Shown here: piece by piece, positions 13,801 through 25,400 of the stretch
How the letters are laid out: every line of letters begins with the position of its first letter
Position numbering within the stretch: the stretch's first letter is position 1
NCBI RefSeq assembly: GCF_964204645.1
Contig: NC_134027.1
Coordinates: forward strand, 3,194,485-3,258,484
DNA: 64,000 nucleotides
From: Tubulanus polymorphus
Taxonomy: Eukaryota; Animalia; Nemertea
Reading direction: 5' to 3'
Position numbers and translations under genes: made by a program
The notes under the pieces: generated by a model
What the model was told of the DNA's origin: nothing
The model's database searches: none
Seen by the model: only the letters and a program-made list of their open reading frames with translations

Positions 13801-16800
13801 AAAATTTCACATACGAGAATGCTAATCGATTAATCAAAATAAATATGTAGGAGTCCAACAATTTGGTAACGAAAAATAAGATAGTATAAAGTTCGAAAAT
13901 GTTTCCTTGAGCTAGTAGTTTATTCAACTTTATTCTAATGGTCATCTTCAGTATTCCTGAACATAGTCGAAGCGTTGAATAAACTACTTGATAATTACTA
14001 ATTTTTTCGTTATCATTATGTGGTATTCTCTACGTATCAATGTGATACACAGTGTAATGATTAATGATATCTTAGCCACAAACAATTTACTGGCTTACCG
14101 CTGCTCGAACGAATTTTTGATATCCAAGTTTGAGAAAGGCTTTCCAGGCACCCCGTAGATACTGCAATTTTATGACAAGTAGATTTAAACATCGTAGGAT
14201 TGATGTTTGTACAATCCTGTAGTTAGTTATATACAAACCTCGCATGCCATATTCTGCGCCTGTCTTACGAACTCAACACCGGCATCGTCGGATATATGTT
14301 GAAATAATTCCGCTTGAAGATAATCTGCGAAATCTATATGACATTCTCCATCGATGTGCAAATATTTCAAAACTATTTGTCGCCCAATTCGAACTTTCAA
14401 CTTCTCTCCAAGTATGTCTACCTCATTACTAGTGATTGAGAGAAGTTTCATGCAGTCTTTAAAGAATTTTACGTAGCGCATTGCACTCGATCTTCGTTGG
14501 AAACGAGTGACAAATTTTTCGAATGGATGGCCAGCCATGTCATCAGATGTGATTGAGGCAAATAATACGCTGTTTTCGTGGCGATAATGCTGAATCGAGC
14601 AGCGCAGAGGTAAGTTGGGATAAAACGGTTTTAAGTATGGATCAGTGGGAGTTTCCCAACCCACCGCCGACAAAGGTTGCAATAATCCCGGAGTTACGGA
14701 CATTCTCCTGTCGGACGTAGCCGAAGCCGATTGTAGGCGTGGTCCCTGTGACGACAACTGCTCCTCTCTGGACGGATTCCTCGCCGAAGAACTTCGTCGA
14801 TTCCCGTGGAGCCATTCGGATACCTTTTGTTCGGATATCTTTCTCTCATGAAGAATTTCATCCCCGAATGGTGACGCGGATGATCTACGTCTTCGTGATT
14901 TCGGTGGAGGACTCAAAATAATTTCAGTGCTATCATGTTTTATGAGATTGCTTTTGGTCAGAGGAGAGGCAGATCTTTGTTGGCTCGCATCTTCGACGTC
15001 TTCCTGGGCTGGTGAAGTACTCACCCGTCTAACAGCTGAAGAACGTCGTCGAGTTCTTTCTTCAGGTGACGGGGATGTGTCATATTTTGTTGGTGACGTT
15101 CTTGGAGATTGATTCTTATCTGAAAGATGTACTATATATGCAGAATATATGAAACATATTATGAAGAAACTGATCAAAGGCAATATTTGAGCATAGTGCA
15201 CTGTGTAATGGGAAGTCTCACTATATTTACCAAGTAATGGAGATTCTGTCCGCGACTTTTTATCAGGAGAAATGGTTCTTGGACTTGTGTCATCTTCTGC
15301 ACTTTCATCTGTAGGACTGGGAGGTAACTCCAGGGGACAGTCTGACGCTACGGACGCCGACTGATCAACGGAGGCTAAGAGATTTTTTAACAAACTGTAT
15401 TTCTCTTTAAGTTTCGGGAACATAGCGTTCAATTTCAGTAGCTTTACGCGCTCTTTTGGAATATGATCCATTAATTTGCCAGCATCTAGGGCTGTTGCAA
15501 GTTCTGGATTTGCTATGTTAAGTAAGTCTATGTCCTTTAATTCTGAGAACTTTTCAGCAATTTCTTTTTTTGAATGATGCCAACAATGAAGTATATATCG
15601 TGGGATCCAATAATTGTGCAGTACATCCATCACCATGTTCTGGAGTAAGCGGAAGTTTTGAGGAGTGTAGTCAATGTTACCGAATATTGGAGTGGATTGT
15701 AAGCGGGAACCGGGTGGTTTTTTGCTGTCAGTTAAAACTGAATTGTGGCCTTGCTGCCTCGAAAGCGGGTCACTGTCGACCATTTCTTTAAATAAAGATT
15801 CAACACTAACTTACAACTATTTGTAAAACCGATTGAAAAAGAGTAAATTGTTTTATATACCTAAAAACCTTAGCCATTTCCCGTACTCGGGGAACTCAAA
15901 TCGAGCTCCGTTTCGGAAATATTTCGCTTGGATATCGCGAACCGATGCTCGTATTTGGTCAGTATTGTGGGCTGGTATCCTAGAGTGACGTTCCGCATCC
16001 ATCCAAAAGTTAACGATCTTTTCGCCGACGCTTCCTTTGAGAAAACGACGTAATTTCCGCATCCCACTAACATGACCGATCGCCTTTTCAACCAAGATCG
16101 CTGTTTTTTTCTGTCGGTCAGCTTCTGAAATCCGCGATTGAAGTGCAATATGTTGAAAGTTAGTAATTGATGCATCGTTCTTTGAGATTTTTGATGATGA
16201 AAATACTGGTTTTTTTTCTGCAGACTGTTGAACTTACCATCCTTTGGATTGTGGGAACTTGGAGTCAGATGTAATTTTGTCTTGGCCAATTCTTTATTCA
16301 GGCAGTATTCAAGATACAGATTACTTTTCAAGAAATATGGAACACGTTCTGCGAGAAGCCATTTCACGAGGTTACGTGTATCTACATGCTGCAAAGAAAT
16401 TGGATGTAAACATTGAAATGAAATAATGAAATCATTTTCATGTTGATATTTTCAAATTCTGCAAATTTAAAGATGCAGTGTTCATTTGTTTATCTACCCA
16501 CTCACATATTGAGTCCGTCTGATCGGTGGGTCGAAATCGAAGTCGTTCTCTGAAAATTTATATCGTACACGTTGAGAAAATATCTGAAAGAGTTGATATT
16601 AAATCGTAATTAACATCGGGTGCATTCACAGTTCAATAACCCGTAAATAATCAATCATGCTAACAATAAAAACTAATTATCAAATACTTGTCGAAACCTC
16701 CCGACACGTCGGAGATGATTGATTTCTGATGAGATTCTTTCACGACGGATAATTGAATGTTACTTCTAATGTATATCGAGTTTAAACTACATAAATAAAT

Positions 16801-17204
16801 ACCATTTCACCTATGGTTGATATTTTAGATTGTATATATATATATATATTGATATGGATTATGAAACTTTCGCCGATGTTTTGACGTGTTTGACTCGTAA
16901 TTTCCATCTTAAGGATAAACCAGGTTAATATTCCCTAAACAGAACTCTTTCTGTAACTACTTACCGGTAGTGCAAGAAAAACATTGAAATAGTCAACGAA
17001 AGTTCTGTCTCTGAGCAGAATAGCGAGTTCTTCTTCCGTGAGCGTAGCGTCTGCAAATAAATCGCTTTCAGAAATGGAATCCCAATTATCCGTAAATATA
17101 GCCGAATCTTTGGAATCAATCTGAAATGTCACTTGGCGGCTACATGGTGACGATGATAACCTTTGCCCGAGCCGATGATATCCGTATTGAAAAGAACCGA
17201 ACAT
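10862..17204 (-). CDS. RGSL1: Multi-exon regulator of G-protein signalling-like protein (RGSL1/RGS22 family)
   Basis: N-terminal LAILLRDRTFVDYFNVFLALP and KWLLAERVPYFLKSNLYLEY; repeated RGS-like cores NFWMDAERH, LLFWLAVDDM and NDLQFLIEVEK; C-terminal FIDSELPPKVQVNI...DRGLFHDA resembles RGSL1 more than RGS22 (from recall). Confidence 0.75.
13846..14032. mobile_element. Degenerate copy of family A element in an RGSL1-like intron
   Basis: GTAGTTTATTCAAC...GTCATCTTCAG TATTCCTGAA CATAGTCGAAGCGTTGAATAAACTAC: inverted arms with the interior deleted. Confidence 0.75.
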
Positions 17205-17714
17205 TTTGAATACATCTAAAACCTAAATATTTGCCTTAGAACTACGAGTTGCAATATTATGTTACCGTCAAACAGTTCCAGAGTTTATTCACGAATCGGT
17301 AATCATTGCGACAAACAGAAAATCGATACCACATAGTCGTCTGTTAGTCTGGCATTTAAACTCTTGCTCGTTTCTAATTTGTCATTTTTATTTGCAAGTA
17401 CTTAAGGGCGGTTACCACTGGTATTTGATTTACTTAAGATAATGTTCTGTTGTAAAGAGGACAGTAGCGGGTCAACTTTCATCGAATTGTTCGGTGCTTT
17501 TGACTACGCAAACAGTAATGTACATTTATTCTTACCAAGAGAAAATAAGTTTTGATTTCTTTCACCTCTTAATCAACTTTTAGCTATTTCTTGAAATTGA
17601 TCTTCGTCATTAAGAATAATTCAATGACGTGTTTTCTGGCGTGTTACTTACCAGCGTGCTTTTTAGATTTTGGCATGACGTTTACTTTTTTGCAACACAT
17701 AAAAAGCTCAACTT

Positions 17715-17777
17715 ACGTAACAACCATGTCCTAGTAACCGTTTCATAACCATTGGTAACTGAACGACATTAGCAACA
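17715..17777 (-). promoter_or_regulatory. Cluster of RFX X-box-like half sites upstream of the RGSL1-like gene
   Basis: TGTCCTAGTAAC (17727-17738), CCATTGGTAAC (17749-17759) and CATTAGCAAC (17767-17776), about 0.5 kb 5' of the start codon. Confidence 0.5.
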
Positions 17778-19074
17778 AAAGCGATTACGGGATATTTTAC
17801 TTTTATAAGCATTTATTTTCAACTCAAAAATCAGAATATAATAATGTATAATGTATATAACATAATCTTACAGACCACAGTTTTCATGCAAGTAAGCTAT
17901 AAATAGTCTTAGACAATGAATTGATTAGCAGCACTACAAAAACCATCTGATTCTGACATTGATACGATGTAATTTCGCTTCTCGAAAAAGATAACCTCCC
18001 TCGCGATCACCTGAAAACAGGTCAATCAAACAAATTGCTACTCTTATGAAATACACAAAAATGTAAATGATATAAAACAAGGTAAAATATTGGATCAACA
18101 ACACATTCAGATGATAACAAAACTAAGACATAAAAACAGCAAAGTCTCATTGAAAGCAGGTAAAAGGTGAATTATTGAATTCAAAGCAGGAATAGATAGA
18201 TTTCATATCTGATGGCGAGTCCCATCAATCAATGAAAACAAAACTTATAGAATCTATGATAATATAACATAATCCCTGAGTATAAACGTTTTACTCATAG
18301 CAATATAACCACAGATATCTGATAATGTCCGCCATCAGGCGACCTAAAATTCTGAAACCAAATTTTTTGTTATTCAAAGAGATATTTAAAATGATTGAGA
18401 TATTTTGTCACTTATAGAAAAACTTTGCAGACGAATTGAAAATTGATAAATGCAGTAGTAAACACCAATGCCCATTCGATGATAAAACCAAAGTATCAAA
18501 ATGTGAAGTGTATAAAAATTTTATCAATGATTAAAAAAACCGTCCTGTTCTTTTAAAAAGGGTAATCTATAATGTGGATTGATCAGAGTTTTGGATAAAA
18601 TTTTGTTCATTCTGTAAGTGATACATTGCATTCAATAAGTGGCACCTTTCTGACTATTCGATCGCATGAACAGCACCCTTTTTACAAATATGCTAATAGT
18701 CCCCAATCAATATTTGGTTAATTCTGATAAAATAGTTAGAGGTGAGACACTATTCACCTAACACAATAAATGCACCATTATTGACAGTTAGATATGCCAA
18801 TGCAGCTATAATCCAGCCTCATAATAAGCTTCCTATCATCACAGAGCATGACTATTTTCGAGGCTCCTATAATTACTTCCTATATCTTATAAGGATTATA
18901 CAAAGTAACTACTATAGTCTTCAATATTAAGCAATAACAATACACGCATTATTTCCACTTCCTACATTGACGAACATCAACATACATGTAAAAAGTCGCA
19001 AAAGCTTCAAATGCTACATATGTAAAACTATACAGTTATATATATATAATCAAAGTTCACCGGGATTTATTTTA

Positions 19075-21750
19075 CTAGTTAACAAGAGAATTAGATTCTT
19101 GTGTTTGTTTGAACAGATCATAAGGATAATACGTAGTGATGACCGTGCGGTGATTGAATGTTCGTCCGTTCAGTTTGTTCCAGGCTTCAATACAATGTTT
19201 AGCATCGGTATAAAGTGCCAGCACCTGAAAAATTTAAAATTCAAAGGTACATTACAGGTATTCACAATCAAAGTACATTTAACTAACATCTGGACCAACT
19301 CTACTTACTTTACCATATGATCCAGGTTCTTGACCAAATATACACTTCTCTACAGGACCAAATTGGACACATTCGGATTTTATGTCATCAAGTATATCTG
19401 AAAATAACACATTCACGCCAAATTACTCTTCCATTTATCGGTCAAATATTCACATCATCAAAACCAAAAATACAATATAAAGTATAATACCTTCAGATTC
19501 ATTCTGTGATAAAGACTCACAATCCTGATCTATCATATTCAGCAGGCAAAGAACTCTACTCGGTAATATGGCACTGTCTTGATAAGCTGCTTCTAAACAA
19601 TCAAAGTTCATAAGATTAATAAACGGCAAACCGGTATATCGATAGCATGAGCAGTAATGGTTTAGATGACGATGTTAGTTACCGAGAGTATGTGCGAAGA
19701 ATGGATGCTCTAGAGCTTCTTCAGCTGTTATCCTGTCTTCAGGTCGACACAACAACATCCTGAATGACAAATAGCATACATTTACATCAATCAAAATGTC
19801 TTAAAAATGAATCAGTAGGATAGACCAATCATACCTCCTTGTTAAGTCACGTAGATCATTGATGGCTATGTTGGCATTTTCCATAGTGTCAACTTCACGT
19901 TTTCGTATGAGAGCTTCTGATACATTAGTCGCGTACTCACAACGTAGAGAAGTGTCAATCATCTGAATGTTCAATTATATACGGTAACATATCAGAATCT
20001 GTGCTTCATAAATTTGGCTAATATCGGATTGACCTGAAAAACTTACGCAACAATTCTTGCAAAAGTCACGACGTTCTTCTCCGTGTATATGCACCTTTCC
20101 ACAAGTGATAAGTTGCAGAATTACTCTCCCCACTGACCAGATATCAATAGCAGATGTTAATTGAATTGGCTGATCAGATTTGAAAGGACGTCTTTGCTTC
20201 CGATGACTAGATTTTGAAGCTTGTGGAGTTGATTTGACATTAGTTTGAGTAATTTCCTCATCATATAACCATTCGGTCCAACTATAGGCGCTAGTAGCTT
20301 CAGGAACGGCCATTTTCTCCAACTGTTTCATACGAAGCCAAGTTTCGGGAGCGCGATAGAATGAAGCTTGTACTGCATGTGCAACCTGTAGACACAATTG
20401 ATAAATATCAAGGCAAATTAAAGCAAGAAATTTAGGATATCGAAAATGTATGAAATTAATTACCTCATAATCTGATGTATGAAAAGTCAGACCAAGATCG
20501 ATCAGTTTAGCGCATCCATCCTGTGGACTCCATAAAACATTAGTTAGCTTAACATCAGCGTGAATATAACCATGTGAGTGAAGGATTTCCAATGAACTGA
20601 AATCAATAATAATAAATTGGTTAGGAACAGATATGGAAATATTATCTACTGCAACTTAGAAAAACAAAATCAAATCCCACACTAAGCATAAAAAGATTCC
20701 AAAATTCTTGTATCATAAGTACGCTTTAGTTTCATCTGCATTAAATTTGTTTAGTTTGTAACAGTTTTCATGTTGTATATTACCCCTAGTTTGCTTCACA
20801 TTTTATTGCTTAAGTCTTTTTGTTCTGGACGGTGTACATGTATATATCTCCATAATTTTTTTATAACTTAAGTATTCTTGAAGATGACTACAAAAATAGA
20901 TGGCTATTAGCTAAAGGAAAAATTTTCATTTATAGTGTAGGATTTTCGATATGTTTTAAACATGGACGGAACGTTTCATCAATGGTTATAACTTAGGAAC
21001 TTACCCGAGAAGGTCACGCAACAATTTCTGTATCAACCAAAGTGATAAATCTTCTTGGTCATGTTTAGCAATGATCACTCGTAAATTATCTCCTAAACAT
21101 TCTTGGACCAAACATTGATGATTTCTGTACATAAATTCATCCAACATTTTCACTGAATAAAAAACAAATTGATAAAAGGTAAATTGGATATTTCAACGAC
21201 AATATGGCTAAATTACTTTGATCTCTATTTTGCCAAACATATAATTAAGAATTCTTACCCCTGAGATTAGAAATAGGGTCTGAGTAAAATTTTAGGGTTA
21301 GGATAAGGTTTATAGGGTCAGATTTAGGGATAAGGGAAGACATATAAGGTTAGGTTGAAGACTATAAATAGTTCCAACTAATAAATAAAATAATGACTTC
21401 ATACCAAGGTATCTTTTTTGACTTTCTTTTGGCACATTCTTGCTTAGGAAATTAAGCAAGCCAGATTCTCTCAGACTAGCAGCAGCGAAGTTTTGATCAG
21501 CATCATAGATCTTCACAGCACCCTGTAAAATTATAACAGCAAGCTGTGAGCAGATTCAAATTCATTAGAGTGATAAAAAGTTCTACATAATTTGTATACA
21601 TACATACACCTCCTCTCCGACTAAAACTCCTTCATGTACGACACAACAACGACCATGCCCTAAACGATGGCCAAGTTTCCACTGAATTCCACTGCTCCCG
21701 GGAATCAAATCATTCTCCTTGAAAGGTATTGATGGTATAATGCTAGCCAT
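19075..21750 (-). CDS. UHMK1: Serine/threonine kinase Kist (kinase domain plus C-terminal UHM/RRM)
   Basis: Exons encode LGHGRCCVV, GAVKIY, YIHADVKLTNVLW, AKLIDLG, YRAPE and AIDIWSVG, then LPSRVLCLLNM...ILDDIKSECVQFGPV...KLNGRTFNHRTVITTYYP. ATG at 21750, TAG at 19077-19075. Confidence 0.9.
20672..20947 (+). mobile_element. Old copy of family A element in a UHMK1 intron
   Basis: Shares AATCCCACA, interior CCCCTAGTTTGCTTC, TGTATATATCTC...ATAATTT and TATTCTTGAAGATGACTA with the 4.3-4.7 kb copy; ends GTGTAGGATTTT. Confidence 0.65.
21290..21358. repeat. Degenerate TTAGGG/TAAGG-type short repeat in an intron
   Basis: TTAGGGTTAGGATAAGGTTTATAGGGTCAGATTTAGGGATAAGGG...TAAGGTTAGGTT. Confidence 0.4.
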
Positions 21751-22044
21751 CTTTAAGGTTCTATCTCTACTTCATTCCTGGCTGAAATTATAGATAAAAA
21801 CAGGACAGGCGTCATTTGACTTTTTTTTCACTTTTTCATCAGACATTTCAACCAATACAATGATTAAAGCGTATCATGTTAGCATCAGTTTGCATCTAAA
21901 AACTAAAAGCATTTATCGTTATCAAGTTTTTGTTGAAATTACGAAATATTTTACCTGGAACTTCATTAAACCAAACTCATTAATCTCCCACGGCAATCTA
22001 CGTCTTAATTATAGAACCTCAGAAAATTAAAAACATCTTCAGTA

Positions 22045-22350
22045 GAATTACTTCCTGCTCCACACATAACTGTTTATCGCGCGGTTCAGACACAATTTCC
22101 GCGGATGCGGCGCCATAAATAGATAGCCAATGAAATCATAGACCACGCCCAATCTAAAATGAGTTGATTGGCTTATGGTTGGCGGGCTTTAGCCGATTGG
22201 TCACAATTAGTTCTAAAGCATCAACCAATAGATGATCAGCTGGCAATGCGCAAGCGCACTCGCTTACATTCCTCCACGGGTTCGAATCCTTTAATTCTTC
22301 ATTGAAGCTCCTGGTTTTCCCTTTTTATGAGTCAAAATTACTTCCGGGTT
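22045..22350. promoter_or_regulatory. Bidirectional promoter between UHMK1 and the FGD-like gene
   Basis: Five CCAAT/ATTGG boxes (22127, 22149, 22167, 22196, 22225), NRF1-like TGCGCAAGCGCA (22247-22258), YY1-like CGCCAT (22111), ETS-like ACTTCC at both ends (22050, 22340), and local CpG enrichment. Confidence 0.7.
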
Positions 22351-22438
22351 CTGAAATTTATCATTAAAAATGGGATTAATGTTAGAATTATTAGAACTGA
22401 ATGGAAAACATGCGATGAATTGAAGTTTATTATAAACG

Positions 22439-25400
22439 ATGGCTCATGTCGAGAGTATATCCAACCGCTTTGAAAAAACAAGTAAGCAGAAAACAAACTA
22501 TTTTGCGAGGTTTCTCAATAATTTAGCCCTTGCAAAATTGAAACAACCTCATTATTATTATCTCCGCTCACATCTCTGATCTCATGACCTCTGCGTCAAG
22601 TGTTTGTTGGCTTGCTGGTTGCTACCACCAGTGATTCGATTATTATCTATATTCTGTAAATATAAATTTATACACATCAGCCTCATATCATAGTCTAACG
22701 ACGTAACGTTAGTCTTCGTTTAAATAATGGTTGGTAAAAATTAGCTAGGCCTTGGCCGACACTTCTTTACTGAATTTATTTTCAATGCAATCCTAAATTT
22801 TAGTTCAATGGTAATGGACCTAGTGCAAAGTTTCTCATCCCCTATGTAGAATCTGAGCATAACCTAGGCCTAAAGCATCAGAAAACTGGCTGTATTCAAT
22901 TCGAGCCCAGAAGTATATCTGGCTCTTTGCCAAACAGGTGATGATTAAGAGAAAACACTGTACAATTTAGAGAAAATTCAACATGTGCCACAGGCCAGGC
23001 CTGAATATTGGAAACCTTGAAAAATCAGAAAAACATTAATGAAACCGAGACGGAAAACTATGAATAATTTCAATAAATTCATTCCATTCCATCTGGTGTT
23101 ATAGAATATACGATTTATTGGTTATTATGTATATATTGAAATGTGTTCATAAATACATTTCACTTCAGTGCTTCACCCTCATTGAAAGGAGAAAAATTGT
23201 TTTTATTTACTTGGGGACTATTTCATGATTTCCCATGTTTAGGAGTATTGCGATAATAACTTAGTGTTACATTGAGATGCTCCCTTTAGGATGTTGCTTA
23301 CTTAATAGACATAGTGCACGTAGGAACTAACAGTTAAGAACTAACATCATAAATATAGTGGATATGAGATATCTTGCCTGGTTAACCTCAGAACATGGGC
23401 AATTTTGTGGGAAGTACTTCTACAGATTGTGGATTAATCACTTGTCTAAGAAGAATATGTGAGTTATATGTTGTCGGTTCACAGGCACAATATTTATAAG
23501 GATTTTAAGAAAACTTCATTTTCTTGAGGATTAACAAAATCAAAACAATGATATTCTCAATCAAAATTCTATTGGAATACATGTATAACGATCCAAAAAA
23601 GCAAGTCATCAATCTTATTGTACTGACGAAATATCTCCTGAGGAAAAGCTCCTAAGTAATGTATTGCATTGAGAAAATTGGGGAGGCTTTTCGCTTGGTT
23701 CAAACACCTGTAGATGCTTTATATTTCTGCACAGATGAGTCAGGCTGACATCTCTGAGCAACTTAAAACTGTTTTTTTTTCCTACTGATAGAGAGAAATG
23801 AGAAGTAGGTTAGAGCAGTAACTAAGAGTGTGTAAAGCATTGTCCTATCATTGTTGTTGAATTGAATGATATTGATCTGAGATTAAAATTGAATATAGGC
23901 CTGTTAAGCACAAAGCTGTGGTCATACGTATATAAACTGGTATTTAAGCAATCAGGAAGTTAGAATGTTCAACTTTGAAAAGTATATATATTTATTGACA
24001 TCATGAATATTATATTCGCTGCATACAGCTGATGAGTGACCAAGGATAGGTCCTATTTGAATTTCGTAATGAAATGAAATCTCATGGTTGAAGCTAGAAA
24101 AAGATAACGAAGAAGGGAATTAAATGATAATATTGTGTTCAATTTATTAATTTGCATTTGAAAAAACGTAATGACTTTCTTTTTCTCCGGGAATAATGCT
24201 AATGCTAACGCAGAATCTTGGATTGATAAAGCTTTAAGACGAAAACGCGTTCGTTTCAAACAAACAAAACGTAAAAAAGAAGGCTCTCGAATTTGTTGGT
24301 TGAAAAAATTACTGTTTGGTGATCAACGTTGCAGTAAAAATAGGGAATTTGAAATCGTTAAAATCTGTGAGTAGTTTAAAGATTATATCGTAGAATATAG
24401 GGAACGATAGTGAGAGGAAACCAACCTTCTCATTCACCTGCTAGAAATATTCATATCACCGAAACAACAGCTGGTTTTACTAGCCGGTTTAGATATACAT
24501 ACAGTAGTATTGATTTGATTTGAGTCACAGGTTTTTGGAGTGAACTCCCTTATCCAGGAGCAGTTTCTCTGGTTGATACTGGTTGTAATGTTTTGTCTAC
24601 CTTTTCTTGTAGGGAATGGGGCGGCGAATGGCAGGAAAGAAGGCGACTTTGCTCGTCCCGGGTTTCGGAAACCTGCCATCAAACCAAAACCAGATTTACT
24701 GGATACCGTATCATTGGAACAAAAACCAAGTTTACCGGAACCGGTATCGGTAGCTAAACTTCGTACGCAGTCCGTAGAATGTATCGATGAGTTACGAGGT
24801 AAATTGAAGTATAATCTTTCAGTTTCATCAATGATGGCTTTCGTAGTCTATAACTGAAAAATCCTCTATTTGCTCAATATTTGAATAATTTCATATTGGC
24901 AATGATTGTGCAAGAAGCAGTACATGTATATCTAATTTGGTTGTAAGGAATATCCGAGCTTCCCTGTGAGATCTCCTTTTCCAATAAATCCATATTCACA
25001 GTGTTGAATTATGTATTATTTCAGTGTCTGGTCTTGTAACGGCCAGATTGAGAGAGTTAGCAAAAAGAGAATGTTCAACATCAGAAAAACGTCGATCCTT
25101 CACTACCGATGACATCGACATCGTGAAGAGTAAGTCTTGAATTATGAAAATCAAAACGTTGTATTTTTACAGATACTGAGTTGAGAAAGATCCTGTGAAT
25201 CGCTTGTTTAAGAATGAAAATGCATGAAGAGATTATAGAGATGAATGAAGAAACAATGTTTGCTTCACTTACTAACTTTTATCGGTTTTCTGATAATGAC
25301 TTGTGATATTGCTTACAAACAACATGTTTTGGTATATGAAAATCGGCGTAATCAAATAGATACTGATGTTGGAAAACAAAATTTTCATCATGACACCAGC

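Noticed and set aside
16690-16745. GAAAC-hairpin-CTGATGAG resembling a permuted hammerhead
   Set aside because: There is no valid NUH triplet after the hairpin and no convincing stems I and II.
21290-21358. Interstitial telomere
   Set aside because: Only one or two perfect TTAGGG units; more likely a transposon sub-terminal remnant.
22275-22292. tRNA gene suggested by GGTTCGAATCC
   Set aside because: No A-box, acceptor stem or anticodon arm. The same applies to the 48.7-kb hairpin.
24029-24062. CTGATGAG followed by a GACC/GGTC stem
   Set aside because: The required GAAA does not follow the stem, so at most this is a dead remnant.
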